Source: Leucoraja ocellata
Lineage: Eukaryota
Direction: 5' to 3'
Assembly: GCA_036785375.1 (NCBI GenBank)
Contig: JAWMAR010000471.1
Coordinates: 434,001-498,000, forward strand
DNA: 64,000 nucleotides
Positions 1-10,844 of this stretch are shown piece by piece. A model generated the notes under the pieces. That model did no database searches. It had not been told where the DNA came from and saw only the letters and a program-made list of their open reading frames with translations. Each line of letters opens with the position of its first letter. Within the stretch, counting starts at the first letter, position 1. Position numbers and translations under genes: made by a program.

Positions 1-520
1 CCCTCCACCCTCCCTCCCCTCCCTGCTCCCCACCTATCTCCCTCCCCTCATCTCACCCCCTCTCAGCACACCCTCTGTCTCCCCCTCCCCCTCCCCCCAT
101 CCACCCTCTCTCCACCCCTCCCTCCTCCCCCATCCCTACCCCCTCACCCCTCTCTCCCCCCGTCTCCCTCCCTCTCTCTCTCCCTCCTCCCCTCAATACC
201 GTCCACCACCCCCTCCCTCCCCTAAACCCCCTCCCCTCGACACCCCTACCCTCGTCCCTCCATCCTCCCCCCTCCCTCCCCCTCCCTGCTCACCACCTCT
301 CCCCCTCACCCCCTCTCGGCACCCCCTCTCTCTCCCCCTCACTCTCACCCTCTCTCTCTCCTCCCCTCCTCCCCCACCTTTCCCCCTCACCCACCCTCCT
401 TCGTATCCTCCTCCCCACCCCCCCTATCCCTCTTGCCCCTCTCTCTGTGTCTCTGACTCTCCCCCTGTCTCTGCCCCTTCTCTTTCTGCACTCACTCTCT
501 ATCCCCGCCCTCCCCTCTCT
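1..520. repeat. Pyrimidine-rich (C/T) low-complexity tract, G-rich on minus strand
   Basis: Almost only C and T for ~520 bp; the overlapping ORFs are G/R/E low-complexity artefacts. Confidence 0.9.
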
Positions 521-848
521 AGATGTGACTGGCAAGTTGGGGGCTATGCGTCAGTAGATAGGGTGGTTATGGGGTAAAGGAGCAAATAAATAATATTAAT
601 ATAATATCAATGGGGGTAATTAGCGTGAGTGCGGGCGGGGGGGGGGGCGGGGGATAGTTAGTGTGTGACGCTGTATGCCGCCTCCCAACGGGTTTGCACT
701 TGGTCTAGTACCATTATATAAATATATATGTACAGACGTTCTTGAGTCCGTGGGCCTTTCCACGCATGCGGTTGCCGGCCACAAATGCAATAGGTTGCTT
801 GGGGGGGGAAGTATCCAGTTGCATTCGCGTACTACGAGGTGAAGAACC

Positions 849-888
849 ATGGTGATAATAATTCACTTGCTGTTACTGTCGATGCACT
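849..888 (+). CDS. Leader exon of TCR V segment V1 (MVIIIHLLLLSMH)
   Basis: ATG, hydrophobic 13 codons +1 nt, donor GTGAGT; phase 1 matches the V1 exon giving ...SMH-C-VLAAEVLQSP. Confidence 0.75.
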
Positions 889-1124
889 GTGAGTATTGCT
901 ATCTATACTCCAATACCCGTGCCTCATAACTAACATTCCGACGCGGTGAACGAAGGAATGGCATTACGTTTCGAAATAGGGATGGCGTGTGACTTGGAGG
1001 GCAACGCCCAGCAGATGGTATTCGCAATACTTTTGCTGCCATTGTCCTGTGAGCTCTGGTGGTGGATTTTTAAGATGCTGTTTGAGTAGTCAAACCGAGG
1101 ATAGAGAGCAGGCCGCCTTTGCCT

Positions 1125-1300
1125 AAGCACTCAATTGCCATACATTCAACCTCCCTTCCCATTCACTTACTGATCTTTCTGTCATGAGCCTCCTCTACTG
1201 TGAGAATGTGGCCTCTAATTCGAGTAACAGCAACGCCTTTATTCGCTCGGGCAGCTTACCACCCTGTGGTATGAATATCGATGTGTCTAATTTCAAGTAA
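1125..1300 (+). mobile_element. Degenerate Penelope-like GIY-YIG endonuclease 3' fragment
   Basis: Resembles the 14080-14290 copy; ends ...GGTATGAATATCGATGTGTCTAATTTCAAGTAA (GMNID..NFK*). Confidence 0.5.
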
Positions 1301-1669
1301 CCATTGCATTCCCTCTCTCTCCCTCCCTCCACCATTCTCATAGAAAATAGGTGCAGGAGTAGGCCATTCAGCCCTTCGAACCTGCACCGCCATTCAATAT
1401 GATCATGGCTGATCATCCAACTCAGTATCCTCTACCTGCCTTCTCTCCATACCCCCCTGATCCCTTTAGTCACAAGGGCCACATCTAACTATCTCTTAAA
1501 TATAGCCAATGAACTGGCTTCAACTACCTCTGGTCGTCTTGCTAGCTTCACTATTTGTATCACCTTTATTATGACCTCCGACCACAGCTAACAATGGATC
1601 ATTGTGAGGTCTACGATTCGAATACATCCTTCGGACCATTGAACACTTGTGATTTTTTTGTCACGAATT

Positions 1670-2300
1670 CAGCAGTATAGAAGTTGGGATGTAATGTTAA
1701 ATTTGTACAAGGCCATGGTGAGGTCAATTCTGGAGTATGGTGTACAATTTTGGTCGCCCAATTATAGGAAGGATGTCAACAAAATAGAGAGAGTACAAAG
1801 GAGATTTACTAGAATTTTGCCTGGGTTTCAGCAACTAAGTTACAGAGAAAGGTTGAGTAAGTTAGGTCTTTATTCTTTGGAGCACAGAAGGTTAATGGGG
1901 GTCTTGATAGAGATCTTTAAAATAATGAGAAGGATAGACAGAGCTGACGTGGATAAGCGTTTCCCATTGAGAGTAGGGAAGATTCAAACACGAGGACATG
2001 ACTTCAGAATTAAGGGACAGGAGTTTAGGGGTAACATGAGGGGGAACTTCTTTACTCAGAGTGTGGTAGCGGTGTGGAATGGTCTGCCAGTGGAAGTGGT
2101 GGAGGCAGGTTCGATTTTATCATTTAAAAATAAATTGGATAGGTATATGGACGGGGAAGGAATGGAGGGTTATGGTCTGGGTGCAGGTAGATGGGACTAG
2201 GGGAAAAATAAGTGTTCGGCACGGACTTGTAGGGCCGAGATGGCCTGTTTCCGTGCTGTAATTGTTATATGGTTATATGGTTATATGGTGATACGGTTAT
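1670..2300 (+). mobile_element. 5'-truncated CR1-clade LINE in V1 intron
   Basis: RT C-terminal LEYGVQFWSPNY..ERVQRRFTR..LGLYSLE..FFTQ; (ATATGGTT)n tail. Confidence 0.9.
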
Positions 2301-2532
2301 ATAGAAATGCAACATTTACTCGACTTACAAGACTTACTCGACTCTATCCGGAGGGAACAATAACGGTGAAGGCATGAAGTGAAATTTGTTCTAATTGTTC
2401 AATAACTTTGCGGTTTCTTCGGGACATATGTTCTATGACTGTTTGTCGACCGTTGTAGATTCGCATTTGTTTTGTGAAGGTAGGTTCACCCGTTAGCGTT
2501 CTACGTTTGTCCTAACACTGTTTCCTCAGCAG

Positions 2533-2821
2533 GTGTCCTTGCGGCCGAGGTGCTTCAGTCTCCCGCCTCGCTGACGGTCAAACCTGGAGATGCAGCGCAG
2601 ATCAATTGTGTTTTCGACGACTCAGGGATATCCGCCTTCTACTGGTTTAAAGAGAGTCGGGACGGGCGGCTGGAGCACGTCCTGACGATCAAACACAACG
2701 CTAAAAATGTAGTGGGGCGACACGAGATCATGCTGAGTGCTGCTGAAAAGCGAGGCTATTTGGCTCTCAGGAGGACGGAAGTGCGGGACACAGCGCTGCA
2801 CTACTGTGCGATCCAGGTGTT
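2533..2821 (+). CDS. TCR alpha/delta-type V exon V1 (divergent family)
   Basis: Acceptor TTTCCTCAGCAG; Ig V-set hallmarks Q-S-P, C (INC), W (FYWFK), DTALHYC; followed by a perfect 23-RSS. Confidence 0.9.
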
Positions 2822-2860
2822 CACAGTGATAGCAATGAGTGGGGTCGCTGTACAAAAACC
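2822..2860 (+). other. 23-RSS of V1
   Basis: CACAGTG + 23 nt + ACAAAAACC, exact consensus. Confidence 0.97.
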
Positions 2861-3030
2861 TCGTCTCTGGAACATATGATCCTGCACACCATCTTTCGTT
2901 ACCCCCACTGCAATCAGTCTATAGACGTGTCCCTTCGCCAATCCATTCCCTCTGGAGATGCGGCCCGGCCGTAAGATTGAGAAGAGGGAGAATTACCTAA
3001 ATAGTATGATTAAACTTGAGTGTAACTCTG

Positions 3031-3805
3031 AAATCAAATCAAATCAAATCAAATCAAATCAAATACGTGTATTGCCATTGCACAAGAACTGTACAACGAC
3101 ATTTCATTGCATATCATTCAGTGGTATACATACAAGACACGGGATAAAAGATTTAAAAGAACAAAACACAAACAACCTTTGACTCTCATATACCGGCAAG
3201 ATCAGTAAATTAAATAAATAAATAAATAATAGGAATATAAAAAAAGATTGCGCATTATATTGCACCACGAATTGTGTTGTGTAGCCCGCAGTGTTATCTA
3301 TATGAGTTTAGTTTCTTTATGGCACATGCGTAGAAACTGTTAATTAATCTACGTGCGGGCCTTCAGAGACATGTATCGCCTCCCAGATGCAGCAGTGTGA
3401 AAAGGTGAATGGCAGGGTGGATGAGTCCTGTATGATGTTTGTGGCCCGGCGCAAAGCATCGGGCCCTGAAAATGTCATCCGGGGAGGGTAGTGGAGCGTT
3501 TGTGATGCTCTGTGCTGTTTTAGTAACTCTCTGTAGTGCCTTCCTTTCAGACACAGGGCTGGTAGCAAACCACACCATGATGCCATAGGAGAGGATACTT
3601 TCCACGGCGCACCGGTAGAAGGACAGCAGCGGCGGCTGTGAGACGTTTGTTCTCCGCAGAGGCCTCAGGAAATATAGCCGCCTGCTGTGAGTTCTTCACG
3701 AGAGTGATGGTGTTCACTGTCCATGTGAGGTCCTGGGAGATGTATGTACCCAGGAACTTAAAGTCAATGACCCTCTCCACCATGTCTCCTTTGATGTACA
3801 GGGGA
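3031..3805 (-). mobile_element. Rex1/Babar-clade LINE 3' fragment
   Basis: VERVIDFKFLGTYISQDLTW..ESILSYGIMVWF; (ATTTG)n tail at ~3031-3063. Confidence 0.8.
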
Positions 3806-3964
3806 GCAGGTTCGAGCCTGCACCGCCATTCAACATGATTATGGATGATCATACAACTCAGTGTCACCATCTTCCTGCATCTAGCCTGTCCAATCCCTTA
3901 AGAATGTTGTAAGTTTCTGTAACCCCCCCCCCCCCCCTCAAACAGAGAAGGGGATAGACGACTG

Positions 3965-4350
3965 AATCATAGAAACATAGAAACATAGAAATTAGGTGCA
4001 GGAGTAGGCCATTCGGCCCTTCGAGCCTGCACCGCCATTCAATATGATCATGGCTGATCATCCAACTCAGTATCCCGTACCTGCCTTCTCGCCATACCCT
4101 CTGTCCCCTTGGCCACAAGGGCCACATCTAACTCCCTCTTAAATATAGCCAATGAACTGGCCTCATCTGCCCTCTGTGGCAGAGAGTTCCAGAGATTCAC
4201 CACTCTCTGTGTGAAAAAAGTTCTCCTCATCTCGGTTTTAAAGGATTCCCCCTTATCCTTAAGCTGTGACCCCTTGTCCTGGACTTTCCCAACATCGGGA
4301 ACAATCTTTCTGCATCTAGCCTGTCCAACCCCTTAAGAATTTTCAACCCC
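3965..4350 (-). mobile_element. CR1/HER1-like LINE 3' end
   Basis: FFTQRVVNLWNSLP..FKRELD; (TTTCTATG)n tail. Confidence 0.9.
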
Positions 4351-4614
4351 TTAAGAATTTTCGGTTATAATCCTCGGTTATAATTTGTACAAATCTGATT
4401 GTTTGTGTTCAGGGTTTCCAGCAAATGTTTGAAACGTCATATTCTGTGATTTCGCGGCGAATGTTGATCGCTCCAAGGTAAACCCACTGACACAACATGT
4501 GCCTTCAGCTTAACAACTGAACATTGCTGGTGGGAAATATGCGGTTTTTGGGAGAATTCTGCACTGAAACTCGGTACACGTGACAATAATCAACAAATAC
4601 CAATACTAATTGCA

Positions 4615-4830
4615 CCAGGTAGACACGAAATGCTGGAGTAACTCAGTGGGACAGGCAGCATCTATGAAGAGCAGAAATCGGTGACGTTTCGGGTCGAGAC
4701 CCTTCTTGAGAATGAAGAAGGGTCTCGACCCGAAACGTCACACATTCCTTCTCTCCTGAGATGCTGCCTGTCCCACTGTTACACCAGCATTTTGTGTCTA
4801 CCTTCGATTCAGACCAGCATCTGCAGTCAT
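4615..4830. mobile_element. Inverted pair of Penelope-derived terminal repeats with hammerhead-like cores
   Basis: Palindrome centred ~4711: GTGACGTTTCGGGTCGAGACCCTTCTT...AAGAAGGGTCTCGACCCGAAACGTCAC. Confidence 0.7.
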
Positions 4831-4964
4831 CTTCCACGCTAATAGCACCAAATCACCCCCAGTTCCATCTCTTCTCTGCGTCCCACCTGAATCGCTGTGT
4901 CCTTCTTAACCCCCCATCTGTCTGTTTCTCTCTCTCGCACTTTTCTGCACACTCTCTTCTCTTG

Positions 4965-5408
4965 TCTCATATAAGGAACGATTGAAAAGACTAGGGTTGT
5001 TTTCACTAGAGTTTACAAGGATGAGGGGCTGTTTTGAGAAACATATAATATTATAAAAGGACTGGACAAGCTAAATGCAGGATAAATGTTCCCAATGTTG
5101 GGCGAGTCCAGAACCAGGTGCCACAGTCTTAGAATAAAGGGGAGGTAATTTAAGACTGAGGTGAGAAAAAACGTTTTCACCCAGAGAGTTGTGAATTTAT
5201 GGAATTCCCTGCCACGGAGGGCAGTGGAGGCCAGGTCACTGGATGGATTTAAGGGATAGTTAGATAGAGCGCTAGGGGCTCTAGTGAAGTCAAGGGATAT
5301 GGGGAGAAGGCAGGCACGGGACGATCAGCCATGATCACAATGAATGGCGGTGCTGGCTCGAAGGGCTGAATGGCCTCCTCCTGCACCTAGTTTCTATGTT
5401 TCTATGTG
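4965..5408 (+). mobile_element. CR1/HER1-like LINE 3' end
   Basis: Same 3' RT/UTR sequence as other copies, TTTCTATG tail. Confidence 0.85.
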
Positions 5409-6249
5409 TTCCATTCGCAAACGAAAGCATTCATACAATTACGTCATCGCGGTTTTTGTGGCCGGATACGAATTTCTTACTTACTTATTGATTCGTAGAC
5501 ACCATAGACCTAGAGTCTTAGCTTGAGAACCTTGAGAAACAACAATAACTTTTGTAGAGGCAACGACACGCGAAAAGAGATGTCAAAACAGGTGCAAGAG
5601 ACATTCCGAGAGCCTTCTTGAATGTTTACCACTCGTTTATTTTTTGTAGGTCAATGACTTTCAGATGAGATGCCGCAATTTCCTTCTGTCGTAGCAGTCC
5701 TTGGGAAACCAGGGTAAATACATTTCTTATGACACGACCGGATGTCACCTCATTTACGTCGTAGGAGACAATTTCAGGATCTGAAACGGGTAAGAAGATA
5801 GTCAAAGGCTGGAGATTTCAAACGAAGGGCGTTAGATATTTTCCCGTCGAATTTAGAATTTAGAAGATTGAGGGGGGATCTTATAGAAACTGACAAAATT
5901 CTTAAGGGGTTGTGCTGGCTAGATGCAGGAAGATTGTTCCCGATGTTGAGGCCAGTTCATTGGCTATATTTAAGAGGAGTTAAATGTGGCCCTTGTAGCT
6001 AAAGTGATCAGGGGGTATGGAGAGAAGGCAGGTACAGGATACTGAGTTGAATGATCAACCAGATCATATTGAATGGCGGTGCAGGCTCGAAGGGCCCAAT
6101 GGCCTACTCCTGCACCTATTTTCTATGTTTCTATGAATTAGCGAGTGAGATGCTTGGTAGTGTGGAGCCAACGAAATATAACTGCGAGTCGGAACCGCCG
6201 ACTCAACTTCATCCTGTCCACAGCTGCAACCGCCTGTGAAATCATGTGG

Positions 6250-6288
6250 TATTTTTGTACAGGCTCAGCGTCGCGCCGAGACGCCGTG
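6250..6288 (-). other. 23-RSS of V2
   Basis: CACGGCG + 23 nt + ACAAAAATA on minus strand. Confidence 0.85.
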
Positions 6289-6595
6289 GGGCTCAGGGCG
6301 CAGTAATACGCTGCAGAGTCTTCCAGTTGTGCTTCAGACACAGTCAATAGGACGATCCGCCCCGAATCATCAAGAGAGGTTGAAAAGTGTTGATCCGGTG
6401 AATTGTCCTGGCTTGAGCTGTACTTGCTTATACAGAGCATAAATTCCATGGGTCCACCGGGATATTGACGGTACCAGTACAGATACGGAACCTGTGTGCT
6501 CGTGGCTGTGTAGTTACAGCGCAACTCAACGGCTCCACCTTCGCTTACTGCGGTTGCAGCCGATGTCTGTGAAACGGAATCCCCCCGACAATACC
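6289..6595 (-). CDS. TCR alpha/delta V exon V2
   Basis: Acceptor CCTGCAG; DSVSQ..LRCNY..LYWYRQYPG..EDSAAYYCALSP; typical TRAV/DV. Confidence 0.93.
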
Positions 6596-6837
6596 CTGCA
6601 GGAGGCCGGAACGACATTAAATCAGACAATATCGCTGTGCCGCCCGTATACTGAATACAATCCTGATTCTCAAATTCCTATGTATCTAAGGAGTATCACA
6701 GTCGAGTATGAGCCCACATCAATGAACAACAAGGCCCCATATCCGCTGAATTCTAGTTTGGATCCAGCCAACAGACACAATACCTCCTGATTATCTCGTA
6801 ATGTGAATGAAATAGTCCATGGGGACTTTAGTTTCAC

Positions 6838-7057
6838 NNNNNNNNNNNNNNNNNNNNNNNNNNNNNNNNNNNNNNNNNNNNNNNNNNNNNNNNNNNNNNN
6901 NNNNNNNNNNNNNNNNNNNNNNNNNNNNNNNNNNNNNNNNNNNNNNNNNNNNNNNNNNNNNNNNNNNNNNNNNNNNNNNNNNNNNNNNNNNNNNNNNNNN
7001 NNNNNNNNNNNNNNNNNNNNNNNNNNNNNNNNNNNNNNNNNNNNNNNNNNNNNNNNN
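6838..7057. other. Assembly gap (in V2 intron)
   Basis: Run of N. Confidence 1.
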
Positions 7058-7112
7058 AATAAAATAGCAACTGCGGATGCGAAGTGCAGACGCGTGTAAC
7101 ACACGAACTTAC

Positions 7113-7164
7113 CGATTAAGAAAGTGGCTGATAGGAAAATAGAACACGAATGAAATGTCAACAT
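7113..7164 (-). CDS. Leader exon of V2 (MLTFHSCSIFLSATFLI)
   Basis: ATG, 17 codons +1 nt, donor GTAAGT; phase 1. Confidence 0.85.
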
Positions 7165-7703
7165 GCTTGCTGAGAGTTGTTTGCGCCAGGGATTTGAACC
7201 GCCAGCGATGTCCATCGTATTTGTTTTATCACGGATGTGCGGGGAAAGAGTCACCTTCCGCCTCTGATTTGGGCAAATGCGGATATAGGTGGTACGTGAC
7301 ACCCAATCGTCTCTGCGGAGAATTGTTCTCGATTCCCCCAATCAGCTAGCAGCTGTGCGTGTTTCACACGTTGACTCGAGGCATGTTTCCGAGCTGCGAA
7401 AGGGAACGGGGAAAGATTCAGTCCCGAGGCAAGTCGCGCCGGTTTCACGAACAATTGTTTGGAACCGAGAGGGAGAGATATGAGGAGACCGCGTGGCACA
7501 CGATACAAAGACTGCCACCAGTTGTGTTCAAACACGGTTACCGAGGGAGATTAAAATCCACGTGCTCTTTGCAACATGGGTTTAGTTCAAGTCCACTCAG
7601 TGTCCCTAATTTAAGTAATCGGGTGCATCTTTGCTGCGTGGGTCTGGACTATTACCCAGTCTTAAACAATAATTGTCGATAAAGAGGCATTGAATTGAAT
7701 GTA

Positions 7704-7793
7704 CACAAAAATGCTGGAGAAACTCAGCGGGTGCAGCAGCATCTATTGAGCGAAGGCGATAGGCAACGTTTCGGGCCGAAACCCTTCTTCAGA
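7704..7793 (-). mobile_element. Short Penelope-derived insertion with minimal hammerhead core and 16-bp direct repeats
   Basis: CTGAAGA-AGGGTTTCGGCCC-GAAACGTT on minus strand; CATTGAATTGAATGTA at 7688-7703 and 7794-7809. Confidence 0.7.
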
Positions 7794-7835
7794 CATTGAA
7801 TTGAATGTAACTGCCCTGGGCAGAACATCCGTAAG

Positions 7836-7852
7836 TGACCACTAGAGGGCAG
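7836..7852 (+). promoter_or_regulatory. CTCF-binding-like motif
   Basis: TGACCACTAGAGGGCAG, close match to the CTCF core consensus; binding untested. Confidence 0.65.
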
Positions 7853-8259
7853 CAACTGCCCGCGGCCAAGCGAATCTTTGCCACGTTAGAATGGCCGCGC
7901 TGGTGGTCCAAAACTTACTTGCCAGATGAGTAGACTTGACTCGCCACCTGCGTATCTGATTGTCCAATTTTCAGAAGCTGGGCTTTTTCTGTGACGTGCT
8001 TTCGGCTCGATTCCCGGTGTGTGAATAGCCTTAGGTTTACGCCGTTTATGGAGTTAGTTAGTCTTGGACTAACCGCCTATCAGTCAGGGTACCTAACTTC
8101 ACTTTCAACATCGCCGTTACCTGGTCGGTCAGCACAGCTTTATTCAGTCAACGTTCATCATTGCACAGATCGTAACATTTACAGGCAAGCTCAGTTACAG
8201 AACTCTTTCTGCAAGTGTAGCCATGCCTATGTGTCTCGCGGTAATGCTATTCGAACAGA

Positions 8260-8331
8260 GGCGCGGTGGCCAAGTGGCAAGGCGTCGGTCTCGTAAACCG
8301 AAGATCGCGGGTTCAAATCCCGTCCGCGCCT
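8260..8331 (+). tRNA. tRNA-Thr-CGT: tRNA-Thr, anticodon CGT
   Basis: GGCGCGG/CCGCGCC acceptor stem, A box TGGCCAAGTGG, anticodon arm TCGGT-CTCGTAA-ACCGA, B box GGTTCAAATCC; very similar to the vertebrate Thr-CGT GGCGCGG isodecoder. Confidence 0.93.
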
Positions 8332-8644
8332 GCAGACGTATAGCTTCCTTTAGCACTCTGTATAGTGGCGCCCTATTCCAATTTCAAACTGCACAAAGCG
8401 GTCGCTCGGGTGCACTTGCGCTCTTTTTATCCTGCTATGAACACCACCCTTTAAAGCACGTTACTCATTTGGTGGATTCTCCAAACTGAATCACGAAAAT
8501 CGAAGGGCCGACTGGTCTACTCCTGCACCTATTATCTATTGTCCATTGTATATTGTCCAACGTCGTGCTTTCGGTGTCGGGAACGATTTCCAATGTTTTT
8601 GACAGCAACTGTATATGATGTTGCATCGAATGGAGGGAACACAC

Positions 8645-8901
8645 TCATAGAAACATAGACAATAGGTGCAGGAGTAGGCCATTCGGCCCTTCGAGCCTGC
8701 ACCGCCATTCAATATGATCATGGTTGATCAGCCAACTCAGTATCCCGTACCTGCCTTCTCTCCATACCCCCCGATCCCTTTAGCCACAAGGGCCACATCT
8801 AACTCCCTCTTAAATATAGCCAATGAACTGTGGCATCAACTACCTTCTGTGGCAGAGAATTCTCTGTGTGAAAAAATGTTTTTTCTCATCTCGGTCCTAA
8901 A
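8645..8901 (-). mobile_element. CR1/HER1-like LINE 3' end running into a gap
   Basis: Shared 3' UTR GGTGCAGGAGTAGGCCATTCGGCCCTTCGAGCC. Confidence 0.85.
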
Positions 8902-9225
8902 NNNNNNNNNNNNNNNNNNNNNNNNNNNNNNNNNNNNNNNNNNNNNNNNNNNNNNNNNNNNNNNNNNNNNNNNNNNNNNNNNNNNNNNNNNNNNNNNNNN
9001 NNNNNNNNNNNNNNNNNNNNNNNNNNNNNNNNNNNNNNNNNNNNNNNNNNNNNNNNNNNNNNNNNNNNNNNNNNNNNNNNNNNNNNNNNNNNNNNNNNNN
9101 NNNNNNNNNNNNNNNNNNNNNNNNNNNNNNNNNNNNNNNNNNNNNNNNNNNNNNNNNNNNNNNNNNNNNNNNNNNNNNNNNNNNNNNNNNNNNNNNNNNN
9201 NNNNNNNNNNNNNNNNNNNNNNNNN
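8902..9225. other. Assembly gap
   Basis: Run of N. Confidence 1.
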
Positions 9226-10026
9226 CACTAACATAAAACAGCATAAATATGTCACAGAAGGAGTTCAATCTAGCAGAATAATACACCATAGTACTTGAGA
9301 TATTCAGGACTGGGTATCGCACATCATGAACAGATATTGAGTGAAATTAGGATGATGGCATTTGAAAGTTGACTAAATCTGCTGTTTCGCAATTCACAGC
9401 GATAAAGGCGACGAGGAGTAACTTATATCTTACTGTACGTATACAAATAATCAACGTTAGTTTAAGTAGTTATGAGAAGTGACTTAAGCCACCTATATAC
9501 GGCCGTGAGTAATGTGAAGACTAACCGTTCCAGGTGTTCGTGTGGTTTATCTGATTTTTTAACAAGACCACTTGGTGTCATGCACAGGGTGAAAAATGAA
9601 TAGAAACATTGCCCCAATTACAGAGCACACCTGAGTATGAGCAGCGGTTGAGTCCACTGTGTTATAGCGCTTGGTGTGTAGCGAACTGAGGTTGGGGAAA
9701 GTTTAAAGGAATCATGAATTGTAACTGGATCTAGTGACCTTGTGCTACTTAAGATTAAAGAGTGGCCTCGTGTAATACAATGGCCGTCAGTGAAATCTAG
9801 GCAGATGGCACTGGATGTTAAATATGCCAATGTCGTGCAAATGGTGACAGGGAATAAGGGCAATGGTCAATAGACAATAGACAATAAACAATAGGTGCAG
9901 GAGTAGGCCATTCGGCCGTTCGAGCCAACAGCGGCAATCACTGTGATCATGGCTGATCATCTACATCAATACAAGCTTTCTCCCAATATGCCTTGACTCC
10001 GCTATCTTTAAGAGCTATATCGAATG

Positions 10027-10230
10027 CCCCTGTCCCACTTAGGAAACCTGAACGGAAACCTCTGGAGACTTTGCGCGCCACCCACGTTTTCCGTGCGGTT
10101 CCCGGAGGTTGCAGGTGGTTGACGGAAGTTGCAGGTAGTGGAAGCAGGTAGGGAGACTGACAAAGACCTCCGGTAACCTCCAGGAACCGCGCGGAAACCT
10201 TGGGTGGGGCGCAAAGTCTCCAGGTTTTCT
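10027..10230. mobile_element. Palindromic MITE-like element (related copies ~18235-18410, ~31790-31925)
   Basis: CCCCTGTCCCACTTAGGAAACCTGAACGGAAACC start with internal inverted repeats; three dispersed copies. Confidence 0.7.
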
Positions 10231-10844
10231 AAGATGAGACCCTCTTGAAAGCGTCCAGAAAATTGGGCTCCACTGCCTTCTGATGCAGACAATTCCACAT
10301 ATTCACAACTCCGTGCGCGAGAAAAGAGTCCTCGTCACCGTTCTAAATGACTTGCCCGTTATTCTCAAATTGTGCCACTGGTTCTGGACTCCCCCAACAT
10401 CGGGAACGCGTTCCCTGCCTCGAGCGTGTCCAATCCCTTAATAATCGTATATCTTTCAATAAGAATTCCCTCTCATCCTCGTCTCGGAAAGGGTGTCACG
10501 GCCCCATTTGTAATAAGGAGCAGCGTTTGGTCCACGAGGGAAGGGTTCATTTAATACAGTGACTGTTGCCCGTGCAGCAAATGTGATGAAAATGTGAACG
10601 GAGGCGAGGCCTGGATCAACCGGGAGACGTTTTATTGAAACAGTGACCAGGAAGCAAAGCATTACAGATACTGCAGCGCCGTAATCAGGCAGATTACGCT
10701 GGAAATATAGAACAGGACAGATGGCCTCGGGTAAACAGGGTTAAAGCTTCAGGTCAAATATCCTTCATCAGAACAATGACAACACAGCGTTAAAAGAACC
10801 AGGCCGAGTGATTGGACTGAAGGGGCTGGAGTATATGCAAAGGG

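Noticed and set aside
2374-2425. Possible proximal leader for V1, or a leaderless NAR-TCR-supporting V
   Set aside because: Contains stop codons; a better leader exists at 849-888 and V1 has no CDR1 Cys.
6670-9322. Long ORFs containing X runs
   Set aside because: Artefacts of N gaps.
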